The notes below the pieces were generated by a model that was given only the letters and a program-made list of their open reading frames with translations, did no database searches and had not been told where the DNA came from. Positions 50,541-63,394 of a DNA stretch of 64,000 nucleotides are shown here, in pieces; the stretch's first letter is position 1; each line of letters begins with the position of its first letter. Source of the DNA: Mobula birostris (taxonomy: Eukaryota); NCBI RefSeq assembly GCF_030028105.1, contig NC_092372.1:125473492-125537491 (forward strand), given 5' to 3'. Made by a program: the position numbers and the translations under genes.

Positions 50541-53236
50541 TGTGATGAAGGCCCGTTACTAACTACAGATGGCACATAGCGCACTCGGTGAAACACTCAT
50601 CCCCAGCAGTAATAGTGACTGGGTCTGAACCAGAGCTGCTGCATGGAGCTGTCTCATATAGAGGCAGCAGCAACCTGTACAGGTGTGCTGATGGTGGAGG
50701 ATACCATCTTTAATTGGATAATTGAGTTAATTAGCTTTTGATTGGTCTAGGGGGAGCGGCTTAGCAGTTATAAGCCTCAGGTTACCAAGGCTTTGGGGTT
50801 AGTTTTCTTTTGTGTTTAGGCTGAGGGTGGCTCTATATATATAGTTTCTTTTTCCAATTTTTGTCTTGTTTTTGAGGTAAACAAAAGTACCTTAATCTAG
50901 TTTTGCGACTCAAGCCATCTGGTTATTTAACACTCTGGGCACGTTTTGCAATATATCTGCACATCAGTGTACATTGAAGGCCAAAAGAACCGAGAGGCCA
51001 GCCTGGGATATATCTTATGGTGACCTAAGTGTCCTGCCCAGGGAATTGTATGTGCAAGGTGTAGTACAAGTGACCTGCAACTACTTGGCACCACTAACCT
51101 CCTGTTGCCTGGCTCCTCTCCCTGATAAAGGATGCCGTTGTGAAGGACATACACTGAACCACCTACCTGGGCAGTGTAATTAGCAGAGGTTAAGACCTTG
51201 GTTAACAGAGACTTTAACAAAGGATCAGACTGTTGTAACATGGTGATGTTTTCTGGCACTTCCTACTCAACATCTGACACAGCATTTTCAGGCATTTCAC
51301 AAGAAAAAGGTGTACCAGCATGTTTCTCTAACCACCGTTGCTGACGTGTCTTTCTAGGCCCTTTGGTTCCAGCATTGCACAGACTACCACATAAGTCTGG
51401 CAAAGGTTGTATCCCAGACTGAGCTTGGGCTTTTGCCTGGGACCGTGTCATGACAAAACAAGAGACATGCATTTTCGGTTCTGACACAGGTTCACGAGCA
51501 TTACAGAGACTTTTACCCCTGCTTAGGAGATCATACAGAACAGGCAAATCCCACCCCAAAAACATCTCGTGTACCAGAACGTCTGGTGAAGGCGTTGAAG
51601 GAGGAGGTCCGCTTGATGTTGGAGCTGGGAGTCATCGAACTGTCTGAAAGTGAGTGGAGTAGCCCTATTGTCATTGTGCCGAAGAATGATGGAACTCTTC
51701 GCATTTACATTGACTTTAGGAAACTGAATGCCATCTCATTTTCGATGCCTACCCGATGCCCCAGATTGAAGACCTGATGGAGAGGTTTGGGAGAGCCAAC
51801 TACATCACCAACTTGGACCTCTGCAAGGGGTATTGGCAGGTTCCCCTGGAGAGCCAGTCCCGGCCCCTCACTGCATTCAGGACCCCTCTTGGCCTCTTTC
51901 AGTTCACGGTGATGCCCTTTGGCTGACATGGTGCCCCAGCCACATTCCAGAGGCTTATGGACAGAGTGCTGCAAGGTTGTGAGGACTACAGCGCCACCTA
52001 TTTGGATGATGTGGTCATTTTTAGCCTGACCTGGGAGGAACATCTGGAGCACCTTCGTCGAGTCCTAGGTGCAATCAGTGCGGCAGGACTTACACTCAAC
52101 CTGCAGAAACGTGAGGCAGGAAACCCGGTACCTGGGGTATCAGTTGGGGAGAGGAGAAGTCCGGCCTCAGGTGGATAAAGTTGAGGCCATTCTGAACGGC
52201 CCCGTACCAAGACCCAGGTCCGGTCTTTTCTTGGCCTAGTGGGCTGGTACTGACGGTTCATCCCTCACTTTTCAACCCTGGCAGCCCCATTGACCAACCT
52301 CACCTACAAGTTGGCCCGTAATCCTGTGGAATGGAGTGAGGAGTGTGAAAGTGCTTTCCAGGCCCTGAAGGAGAAATTATGCTCTTCCCCTGTGTTGCAG
52401 AGTCCTGACTTTGAACGCTGCTTCCTGGTGCTGGTGGATGCCTCAGGTATAGGCATCGGGGCAGTGCTGGCTCAGGGAGAACCAGGTGAGGAACGTCCTG
52501 TGTTAGATCTCAGCAGGAAACTTCTGCCCGTGAAACCTGGTACTCCACAATCGAGAAGGAGTGTCTGGCAATCAAGTGGGCGTTGGACATCCTCAGGTAC
52601 TACCTTCTTGGGAGGGAGTTTGACCTCCAGACGGACCACGGAGCCCTGACCTAGATCCAGGCAATGAAGGATTGGAATGCCAGGGTGACTAGGTGGCACC
52701 TGGAAATTCAACCTTTCAGATTCTGTATGCGGCACAAAGCCGGCAAGGAGAACATCACAGCGGACTTCCTGTCAAGACTGCCAAACATTGCCGCTGCAGG
52801 AGAGGAGGATGGTAATGTGACGAAGGCCCGTTACTAACTATGAACAGCACATGGTGCACTCGGTGAAACACTCATCCCCAGCAGTAATAGTGACTGGGTC
52901 TGAACCAGAGCTGCTGCATGGAGCTGTCTCATACAGAGGCAGCAGCAACCTGCACAGGTGTGCTGATGGTGGAGGATACCATCTTTAATTGGATAATTGA
53001 GTTAATTAGCTTTTGATTGGTCTAGGGGGAGGGGCTTAGCAGTTATAAGCCTCAGGTTACCAAAGCTTTGGGGTTAGTTTTCTTTTGTGTTTAGTCTGAG
53101 GGTGACTATATATATATTGTTTCTTTTTCCAGTTTTTGTCTTGATTTGAGGTAAATAAAAGCACCTCAATCTAGTTTTGCGACTCAAGCCATTTGGTTAT
53201 TTTTCTTGAACAATTGACCCACAGTTTTTTGTGACA
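50541..53236 (+). mobile_element. Gypsy LTR retrotransposon (Gmr1-type domain order), internally deleted with an inverted segment, inserted into the ERV integrase
   Basis: Direct LTRs starting 50541 and 52816 (about 390 bp shared, 20-25 differences by hand count); RT (SEWSSPIV, YLDD) and RNase H (DAS, TDH, ADFLSR) on + run directly to the PPT gcaggagaggaggatggtaa; protease-end and IN zinc finger (HTIPWAGH..CPEC) on - at 50933-51565. Confidence 0.88.
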
Positions 53237-53749
53237 TACACAATCATCAGGATTACTAGTAATACATCAACCCATGTCTTCCCCATCTCACCTATAGCTT
53301 TGCCTAAGGTGTTTTTGATTGTTCTGCTCATCCTTTCTACCTTTCCTGAAATCTGAGGGTGGTAGGGTACCTGGAACTGTTGTGGAATCCCCGGCAGTGG
53401 GCCCATTTCGTTCATCACTGTCCCCGTGAAATGTGCTCCCTGATGCAAGCCCACCTGAACTGGGGTACCCCAGGTTGGGAGGAATTCCTGAACCAGAATC
53501 CGTTCAGTGGTGCTGTCACTTGCTGGGAAAGCCTGTACCCACCTGGTGAAGTGATCCATAATTACTTAACAATAGCTTCCCCCTCCCCACCCCCGCTTTT
53601 GGATAGGGGCCCCGTGAAGTCCATTTGGATATTTTTCCAGGGCCCCCTTGGCTGTGGCTGATCTACCAGCTGTAGCTTTCTGCCCTTACCAGGATTATGC
53701 CGGGCACAAGTGATACAACGGCGGCAGAATTTCTTAACATCGCGCTCAT

Positions 53750-54065
53750 AAGAACATAACACAAGAAATAGGAGCAGGAGGAGGCCATCTGACCCGTCGA
53801 GCCTGCTCTGCCATTCAATAAGATCGTGGCTGATCTGGCCATGGACTCATCTCCACCTACCTGCCTTTTCCCCCATAATTCTTAATTCCCCTACTATGCA
53901 AAAATCTGTCCAACCTTTTCTTAAATGCATTTACTGAGGTATCCTCCACTGCTTCACTGGGCAGAGAATTCCACCACTTCACCACTCTGGGAAAAGCAGT
54001 TCCTCCTCATCTTTGTCCTAAATCTACTCCCCCAAATCTTGAGACCATGTGCCCTGGTTTTAGTA
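53750..54065 (-). mobile_element. CR1 3' end inserted in the ERV integrase zinc-binding domain
   Basis: Tail cataagaacataacacaagaaatagg; separates WWPGM from ERDVKKFCRRCITC. Confidence 0.75.
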
Positions 54066-54339
54066 CATCCCTGGCCACCAGCAGTCCTGCTGGAGGGTCA
54101 TGATCATATTGTGCCTCCCCTGATCCATCATGCCATGATATACCTTCAGTAGTATCTAGCTAATACATGGTTGTGTCACCATGACTCCTTCCTCGCCTCC
54201 CATCTGATCCCTCCTTTCTCCTCCATCTCTCCTTCTCTTCTGCATCCACCTCTTCACATAATTTTACTAAACTGGCTTTCTGCACACTTGCCGTTTCAAT
54301 TGCCTCCTGTTCCTCTGCTGCCCTCTTCGCTGTAATATC

Positions 54340-54879
54340 TGTTGTAACGTGGATGAAATCACCCGAGAGACAGAGTCACTGATAGATACAAAGCAGCTTC
54401 TTTATTCCACACAACGAGCAGGCATCATACGGACGGAGACGTTTTCTGTAGAAAGGTCTGCTAGTCCAATGTGGCTTGATATTTATATGCTAAACACAAA
54501 GGCAATCACTACTTAAAAAGTTTTAGACAATGCTTCCTACTGAAGCTACATACAAAATATCACACCATTCTTTCCTTCCGACGCCAACATGTCTGGGTTG
54601 GTATCCACAGCCTTTAGGAATGTAAGTTAAGTCTACAATACATTTATTTGGCATTTTCCATGCTAACATAGAAGACAATTAATATTTATAATGTATAGAT
54701 AATACTGTCTTCGAAACTGCAGCATCAGGTCAAACTACGGCGCCAGAAGCATTGGGTATTCATACTTTTTTAGGAAGTGCATTGTTGTGGACTCGACTCA
54801 ATCCACATTACTTTGTCAAATAGAAGTCTGGTGGCCAACGTGTAAACAAATCATCTACCCAAAAAAATACACTCTAACA
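54340..54879 (-). mobile_element. Solo LTR of a related family inserted in the ERV RNase H
   Basis: tgttgtaacg...ctctaaca, similar to the provirus LTRs; 5-bp TSD atatc / atgtc; splits KGNEWADI|TAKRAA. Confidence 0.85.
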
Positions 54880-56634
54880 ATGTCTGCCCATTCATTGCCT
54901 TTCTGTTCCTTTCTGGTGAGCTTTTAGTTTAATTACTGCCACCTCGTCTCGCAGTATCTCTACGGCACTGGCTATCACCCCTAAATTACCTGCTTCAGCT
55001 TCAGAAGCAAGTAGTAGATCATCTGCATATTGTAAGCGTTTCGACCGGAAGGGCATTAGATTGAGCTTTTCCGAAGTCTGCACCACAACTATGAAAGATG
55101 GCCGGACTGCTGTGGAATCCCTGGGGGTATCTGGCCCATGTATATTACTGCCCACCTAAGATGAAGGCAAATCGGTCATGGGACTCAGGTGCTAAGGGGA
55201 GCCCCCAAAATCCATTAGCGATATCCAGGACTGGAAAAGCTTCATGTTCTGGGAACAGGCCATTCAGGATTGGTGCAGGGCCTGGCAATATGGGATGCAA
55301 TCTTAGCATGGTCTTAAGGGCAGTATAGTCTATTGTTAATGGCTATGGTCCACTGGGCTTCTTTACTGGCCATATAGCCGAGTTAGTAGTTGCTGCAGTC
55401 TCTCTGAGTATCCCTGGGTGTTTTAGTTCCCTCACATTACCCTGAACAGCCGTCAGTGCATCAGTTTTTATAGGGTACTGCTTATGGGATTTATACAGAC
55501 CCTCCCCTATCTTAACTGGGTTTATCTTTACTTGACCACAATTCTGCTTGTGTCTACCCCACTCTGCTGGAAATTGCTGACTCCAGTCTCTAATAATCGG
55601 GGCAGCTGCGACTATATTAGCCAGGTTGTGTATTCTATTGGTTGTACATGTTCGCTGCCCCTGACTTGTCCATATTATTTCTCTCTTTCCCAAATCTATA
55701 ACGGCCCCTGCTTCCTTTAGGATGTCTGTTCCAAGGATAGTGCCCTCATTATTTGGACAGACCCAGGAATACACTGGAAGCTGCACTCCCCCGATTTCCA
55801 GTATTTACAACTCGCTTCTTTCTGCTGTCACTGTTTTCCTACACCCCTGATATAAATAACCTGTCCGGTTGTTGGCAAGGGTAGGTCTGTTATCGATACC
55901 GGTGCCCCTTTGTCCACTAACATATCGGACTGCCGTCCCCCTGACAACGCTGTGGTGTACATTGGCGGGTCACCAGCGCTGGCAGTGAGGTCTGCCGCCA
56001 CATCTTTTTCTGACCTAGGAGCCGTCTTTACTAGCTTTATGATCTGATCGACAGTCAGATTGGTCAGACTGGGCACCGATAGGGTGAGAGATTGTGTGTC
56101 TGCTTTGACGTTCACCTGTTTTTCTTTCTTCTTTTTTGGACACTGCCTCCAACCGTGTCCCAATAGGCCGCATCTGTAGCATATCAACTCCTTTACCCTC
56201 CCACGTCTATTGCAGCAGTTCCTTGCCTCGTGCTCTGGTCGCAAGCAAACAAAACAAACTCTCTGGGACATCACTGCAGCTGCATCCACTAAAGTCACTT
56301 TGAGTTCTCTTGTACTTTCTTCGGTCTATTTCACTGGCCCACGAAACTATCGCAGAGTAGATCGACCTCACCATATATACACCCCCACTCTGGTGTCCCG
56401 AACTGTGGATAACCACCCATTGCTTCATCTCACTGAATTAATACGCAAAATTTCCTCTCTTATATAAACACACATGCACACACACTACTTTTATATCTAT
56501 CAGTTCAGCGGTCTGTGTTTGTCATACTTCGTGTACCACTGACCTGAACAGATCCAAGTGTGAGTGCTAATTTTTAAAAATATTAACCCACTTAGACTAC
56601 TAAGATCACTGGCCACACGATGGGTCACGAAGGT

Positions 56635-56652
56635 ATCCCACTCCTGACACCA
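56635..56652 (-). promoter_or_regulatory. Primer-binding site complementary to tRNA-Leu(CAG)
   Basis: Plus-strand atcccactcctgacacca equals the 3'-terminal 18 nt (including CCA) of vertebrate tRNA-Leu(CAG) as I recall it; 2 nt from the LTR edge. Confidence 0.85.
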
Positions 56653-56654
56653 GA

Positions 56655-57069
56655 TGTTGCGTGAATGAAATCGCTGGAGAAAATTACTGGTAGATAAAAA
56701 TCTTTATTCAACAAAACAAAGTACCGCAGGCATCATATGGAGTTGCTTTCGATGGAAAGGTCTGCTGGCCCAACGTGGGGCTTCATATTTTATGTGCCGA
56801 ACATCAAAGGACAAATCCATATTTACAATGTATGGACAATGCTTTCTTTGAAACCACATACAACCTTCACACCTCCTGATTCATATCCACACCACAGCAT
56901 CCAAGTGAATTTTACTCAGCATTGTCTGGTCTGGGATCCACAGCTTTTATGAACCCATTGTTCAGAACTGCACTGCAAATTAAATGCACAATATATTTTC
57001 AGATGTGAAGATTGGGAGCCAAGTCAACTGCTAAAGGTATATGTCCTAAACCCCAAAATCGCTCTAACA
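56655..57069 (-). repeat. 5' LTR of the provirus
   Basis: tgttgcgtg...ctctaaca with adjacent PBS. Confidence 0.82.
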
Positions 57070-57524
57070 GTCTTATAATCTCCATAGCAATCCTGTCCCT
57101 GTCCTCACAGACATTTCATTTGACCATCACCTTCCACCACCTTAGCAATATAAAACTAATTTGTTTTCTTCCCAGTCTGATAAGGATCTTTGATGTAAAA
57201 CATTCACTTTGTTTCTGTTTCCACAGATCTGGTGACTATTTGAAGCACTTTCTGTTTTTTTATATATTTGTTGAAATAAAAAGCTGTGTTTTGAGGTATG
57301 TTTCTTTGCAAGTAGCACCATGCTGTCCAGAACATTTGGCAGAGGAGGTTGCTAAAAACCCTAATCTTCATTCAAATTTTGGGAAATGTTTGGATGGCTT
57401 CAGATCTTATATTTAAAAGTTAAAATTTGTTCATAATAGTAAAATACAAAGGAAGAAACAATGCAAAACTTTTATTCTTGGTTAACATTTACAATACATT
57501 CAGTAGCATGATCTTGTTTGAGTC

Positions 57525-57893
57525 TGTCAGGACACTGGAGCAGGGATCCAATTTGAGACCCAGTACTGTGCACACAATGATATTAATTGAGTAACACATC
57601 CCAAGGTGCAAACAAAGTCCAGACAGACACAATCTGGCAACAAACAGGTGAAAACACAGGACTAAAATACACTGAGCAATAAACAGAGAGGCAGATGATA
57701 GGTGGAGCACAATGAGACACAGGTGGCAGCAATACAGGTAATAATGAGAAACAGGTGAGAGACGGAGTACTCAGTAATACAGGGGCCGGAGTAGAGCAGG
57801 AACAGGGACAGGAGCACATGGCAATACAAAACCACAGACTGACAGCTAGGGGGAAACACACAAAAAGACAGAGTTCAAGTAGAGGTACTGACA
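57525..57893 (-). mobile_element. Gypsy-type solo LTR (369 bp)
   Basis: TGTCAG...CTGACA termini; 5-bp TSD gagtc / gagtt. Confidence 0.75.
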
Positions 57894-58059
57894 GAGTTTA
57901 AAATTTTTTTTTACATTCATGGTTGTTACATTCAGTATATTTTTCTCCAAATATAGACTTCATTCACAATAAAAATTACATGCAAAAGAAGAAACAGTGC
58001 AAAAACACTTTCGAATTCATGGTCAATACATTCAGTAGTGTGAACTTTGCAAACAAATA

Positions 58060-58760
58060 CAGCACCATTGCCACTTCCGTGGCTCCCAGAGGTAATACTC
58101 CCTTCATTGTTCAAGGGGCTTCCCCACTCATATGGGGTAGTGTAAGGAGACTAGACGGTGGTCGTTCCCCACAGAACCATAGTGTTGGCCATACTGAACT
58201 TCAGTTCATCCCTCAATTCCTCCTGCAGCCTTAACTGTCCCAGTCTGCACCATTCCTTTATGGACATCTTGCTGTTTTGGAAGATCAACAATTTCTGGGC
58301 AATCCAAAGACGGTTCTTCACCAAGCTGATGACCTACCAGCAGCACGAGATAGCAGTCTCGGTCTGCGCCCCCAGGAACCGCCCGTAGATCAGAGAGTCC
58401 TGTGTTATGTAGCTGCTGTGGATGAACCAGAACACAGACCTTTGCATCCATCTCCTCGCCCTCTTAGCAAATCCACAGCCTGCAAAGGGTGGGGTGGGGT
58501 AACTGTACCTTCCTAAGGCCAGCATACATTGGGGATGATACGCCATTTGTAGAGGAAGGCTCTGACTTGAAGGACACTTCTCACTGCCGTCCACATGAGA
58601 TCTTGGTGCTTGCTGGTCAGATCTGATGACGAGGCATCCCAACGCACGATTTGGACTGCTTGCTGAACTAACAAACTGTCATAATCCACAGTGAAGGTGG
58701 CCACCAGGTTGAGGGCAACATTTGGTACACTTCTGCCCCTGTTATCAGGGACTTGTGAGT
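58060..58760 (-). mobile_element. Tx1/L1-clade LINE C-terminal fragment
   Basis: LTSKHQDLMW..VRAFLY, GCGFAKRARRWM, QDSLIYG C-terminal zinc-finger region. Confidence 0.65.
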
Positions 58761-59044
58761 TGTGACCTATCAGACTTTCTCCATCTTGGACCCCAGATAA
58801 GCTGGAAAACGTCTTGAGTGATTACCAAGGCAGAGGAATGAGGAATGGATACTAGCTTCCTAACTATGGACTCTGTACTTCTCACTGTCTCAGTAAAGCA
58901 GCCAGAATAATCAAAAACGCCATCCTGGACATCCTCTCTTCTGCCCTCTGCCATCGGGCAGAAGATACAAAAGCCTCAAAGCACGTACCATGAGACTGAA
59001 GGACAGCTTCTATCCCATGATCATTGGACTCTTGATCAGACCTC

Positions 59045-61075
59045 ATGTGGAGGGTGTTTAAAGATCAATTGCACAGAGTACAGGAAAGGGATGTTCCTGT
59101 TAGACGGAAGAACAGGGATGGAAAAGTATGTGAACCTTGGATGTCCAGAGAGGCGATGAATTTAGTCAAGAAGAAAAAAGAAAAGTATATAAAGCTTTGG
59201 AAGTCAGGATCAAAGGAAGCACATGAGGAGTATAAAGAAGCCAGAAAATAACTGAAGAAGGGAATTCAGAAAGCCTGGCAGGGCCATGAAAAGCCCTTGG
59301 CAATTAGAATTAAGGTGAATCCCAAGGCATTCTATACATATATCAAGAGCAAGAGGATAACTAGGGAGAGAGTGAGACCACTCAAGGACAAAGGAGGGAA
59401 CATTTGTTTGGATGCGGAGAATGTGTGTGAGGTACTTAGTGGGTACATTGCTTCAGTACTTACCAAGGAAAAGGATATGGAGGACCAGGAGATCAGTGTT
59501 GAGTGTATAAATACTTCAGGCCAAAGAGGAGGAGGTGTTGGGCCTCCTAATGAGTATTAAGGTGGATAGGTCCCCAGGGCCTGATGGGATTTACCCCAGT
59601 TATTGAAGGAGACAAAAGATGAGATTTCTGGGGCGTTGACCAGTATCTTTGTGTCCTTCTCTAGCCACAGGTGAGGTCCAGTAGGACTGGTGAGTGTCTA
59701 ATGTTGTTCCTCTATTTAAAGAGGGAACAAGGGAAATCCTGGGAACTCTAGACTGGTGATTCTCATGTCAGTTGTAGGGAAATTGTTGGAGAAATTTATT
59801 ATGGATTAGATATATGAGCCTTTGGAAACCCCTGGCCTAATTAGGGAGAGGCAGCATGGCTTTGTATGGGGGAAATTGTGTCTTACCAACTTGATTGAGT
59901 TTTTTGACAAGGTGGCGAGAGAGATTGATTACGATAGGGCAGTGGATGTTGTCTACATGGATTTTAATAAGGCATTTGACAAAGTCCCTCATGGGAGGCT
60001 AATCCTGCAGATTAAGCTGCATGGGATCCACAGACAATCGGCTATTTGGATTCAGAACTGGACTGCACGTAGAAGACCGAGGGCAGTGGTTGAAAGGACT
60101 TGTTCAAGCTGGAAGTCTGTAATTAGTGGTGTTCCACAGGGATCTGTGCTGGGACCTCTGCTGCTTATGATATATATAAATGACCCGGATGAAAATGTAG
60201 GTGGGTGGGTAAGTAAGTTTGCAGGAGATACCAAGATTGGTGGAGTTGTGGGTAGTGTAGAAGACTGGCAAAAAATACAGAACAATATAGATCAGTTGCA
60301 GATATGGACAGAGAAATGGCAGTTGCAATCTAACCCAGATAAATGTGAGGTGTTGAACCTTGGTGGGGAAAATGCAAGGAGACAGAACACTGTTAAGGGC
60401 AAGATCCTTAACAATGTTGCTCAGTAGAAAGATCATGGGATCCAAGTTTGTAGCTCCTTGAAAGTAGCTGCACAGGTTGATAAGCTGGTAAGAAGGCTTA
60501 TGGAATGCTCACTTTTATTAGTCAAGGCATTGAGTTCAAAATTCAAGAGGTTACGTTGCAACTTTTTAAAACTCTGGTTCGGCCACATCTGGAGTATTGC
60601 ATACTGTTCTGGTCACCCCACTATCGGAAGGATGTTGAGGCTTTGGAGAGGCTGCAGAAGAGGTTTACAGGATGCTGCCTGGTTTAGAGAGCATGTGCTG
60701 TCACGAGAGGCTGGATAAACTTGGGTTGTTTTCTCTGGAGCAACAGAGGCTGAGGGGAGGTTTATAAGGTCAAGAGAAGCATAGACAGAGCAGACGGGGA
60801 GTATTTGTTCGCCAGGGTTGAAATGTCTAATACCAGAGGGCATGCATTGAAGGTGAGAGGGAGTGGGTTCAAGGGGGATGTGAGGGGCAAGTGTTGAACT
60901 CAGAGTTGTGGATGCCTGCTATGGTGATAGAAGCAAACACATTAGATGTTTTTAAGAGAAGTTTGGAAAGGCACATGGATGTGAGGAAGATGGAGGAACA
61001 TGGACGAGGTGTAGGTAGGAGGGATTATTGCTGGGATGTTTTTGATTTGCTTTTAGCCGGTTCAGCACAACATTG
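59045..61075 (+). mobile_element. 5'-truncated CR1 LINE
   Basis: NPKAFYTYIKSKR, QHGF..CLTNLIEFF, PQGSVLGP, RPHLEYC and 3' UTR. Confidence 0.88.
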
Positions 61076-61937
61076 TGCACTTTCTCTTTGAAAATGGACC
61101 TACTTTGTCACAGAAAATGTGGTCGATGAGACAGCTCAACCTGTTCTTCTTGGGTACTTGTACGATCGTCACCCTTTTGAAGCAGGTGGGAGCATTGGCC
61201 TGCAGCAGTGAGAGATTGATAAACTCCCACCAGTTGGTTGGCACAGGTTTTAGTGCCCTACCAGATACACATCACAGCCTGATGCCTTGCAAAGCTTTAC
61301 TCTCATGAAAGATGTTCTGTTGTCGGCCTCCCAGACAGAGATCACAGGGTCACCGCAGGTGTAGTTTTATTCTCCCTTTCAATGCCGTGCATAAAAGGTG
61401 TTGAGCTGATCTGGGAATGAAGTGTCACAGACATTTATTACGTTAGGTTTCACTGTGTAGAAAATAATGGCCTGCAAACCCGATCAGAGCTGATGTCCAC
61501 CCGATTCCATATTTAACTTCAATCGGAATTGTTTCTTTTGCTCTTCTGTACGTTGTACCTGGACTTCCCATAATGATAGGGATTGCTTTGTGATTGGTGA
61601 TAATGCTGCTCAGCTCCTCCAGTGCCCTGAGATGGAACTTACACTGCTTTGGCAGATAAATGCCTGTGCACAATCGTGAAGCATACTCCAGTCCCTCTAC
61701 ATTTATTTTAGTTTTCAGAGACTATATGTTTGCCAGCAGGATAATCGGGAGTGGAGGTCCAAGGTCTCTGTGTTTCAATTGTACCTGCAAACTGGCCTGA
61801 GTTCCTCGCTTCCTTTCTCTTAAAGGGGAACTGCACTTTTGACCTGAGTCTGTTCTAATTCATTCTATGTTGTCAAAATTCCTGTCTACATCTGGAGTTT
61901 GGTGTTTCTTTGCTCGTTTCTAACATCTTTTTCTATA

Positions 61938-62235
61938 GGCATCCGTTAGTTTCGTGAGACCATGGATTTGTGCCTTGGAAGGTTTTCAGAGCGCAGGCCT
62001 GGGCAAGGTTGTATGGAAGACCATCAGTTGCCCATGCTGCAAGTCTCCCCTCTCCACGCCACCGATGTTGTCCAAGGGAAGGGCACTAGGGCCGATCCAG
62101 CTTGGCACCAGTGTCATCGCACAGCAATATGTGATTAAGTGTCTTGCTCAAGGACACAACACACTGGCTCAGCTGAGGCTTGAGCTAGTGACCTTCAGAT
62201 CACTAGACCGATGCTTTAACCACTTGGCCACGCAC
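61938..62235 (-). mobile_element. tRNA-headed SINE
   Basis: Head on -: gcgtggccaagtggttaaagc...ggtcactagctcaagcc (A/B-box-like), then body and tail ending ctaacggatgcc. Confidence 0.7.
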
Positions 62236-62399
62236 CAACTAACGCCTAGGACCAACAGATGATTTGTAACCTCTGAATCTGTGAACTCATCTGCACACAT
62301 TGACGCTATCCTTCCTTGACTCCTCTCTATCTCTACACTTCAAATAGTCTGTGAAAACAATGGGTTAGTAAGAATGAAACAAAGGAAGATTTCCATGGA

Positions 62400-62710
62400 G
62401 TTTGTAACAGCATCATGCCAAAAAGGCGACATCCATCATTAAGGACCCCCATCCCAGGACATGCCCACTTCTCATTGCTATCGTCAGGGAGGAGGCACTG
62501 GAGCCTGAAGACACACGCTCAATGTTTCAGGAATAGCTTCTTCCTCTCTGCCATCAGATTTCTGAATGCACTACTTCCTTAATTTAACTTTTTACATATA
62601 TACTTATTACCGTAATTTACAGTTTTTATTGTTATATATTGCAATGTACTGCTGCCGCATTACAACAAATCCTCGATATATACCAGTGATATTAAACCTG
62701 ATTCCGATTC
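62400..62710 (+). mobile_element. Rex1-type 3' end fragment
   Basis: Same family as 26580-27330; tail attaaacctgattccgattctga. Confidence 0.7.
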
Positions 62711-63394
62711 TGAAATAGTGCATGCAGGTACAAAGAGATTGAGCAAGCTGGAACGAAATGCCTCGAGTTTGCAAGGGTGGAGTGATGTAGGGTGAGGGAA
62801 GGTGAACAGGTTAAATACTGAAAGGTATGGTTGCAACTGTGTAGTGACAGAGGATGAAAAAAGTCAACTTGGCATTGAAGAGGGGACGGAATTCAAAACC
62901 TCTTTCCTGTTCGTTCCACACTGTGAGTGAAATCATTCTTTACCCAGTAGGGGGAGCTCTGATACTATTGTTTGTAACTATGGAACTCCAGCATTCTTGA
63001 GCAATGTGTTCACAAGAAGTGAATAGATCATTCATTTTACCTCTTGCATCTAACTGAATGCTTTTGTTTTTCATCTAGTACAACATACATGTAATGAATG
63101 CAGCTGGGAGAGAGTCTTTCACTGCACCTGTGTGTACAGGTGTTGATGACAATAAACTTGATTGCTCTTCGCTTGAATCAAATCAGTGAGCCTTGAAGCT
63201 GTAGATTTTCTCAAGGGCTTTCTGGGATGTCTTGGGGGAAGTGACAAAGCGTGGAACCTGCAGGAAAGCCTGATGACTGGGGAAGGGACTTCTTGAGGCA
63301 CATTTTGTGGCCCAGGTCCGACTTGTGAAAGTTATTGGGTCCTTGCTGGTGCTCCTTGCTTTGTGAGAGGAATACCTCATGACCACTCCTTGAA

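Larger units (their letters stand above)
47053..57069 (-). mobile_element. Decayed endogenous retrovirus-like provirus (LTR-PBS-gag-pro-pol-?-PPT-LTR) with nested insertions
   Basis: Related LTRs 56655-57069 and 47053-47284; PBS 56635-56652; two CCHC knuckles and protease (56298-55828); RT WPVKKP/LDIANGFW/PQGFHSSP/YADD (55400-54990); RNase H end; integrase (54150-53240, continuing 50540-50130); PPT gaggagggac. Confidence 0.88.

Noticed and set aside
63079-63140. Cys-rich micro-frame QHTCNECSWERVFHCTCVY
   Set aside because: Overlaps a LINE 3' tail (gacaataaacttgatt)
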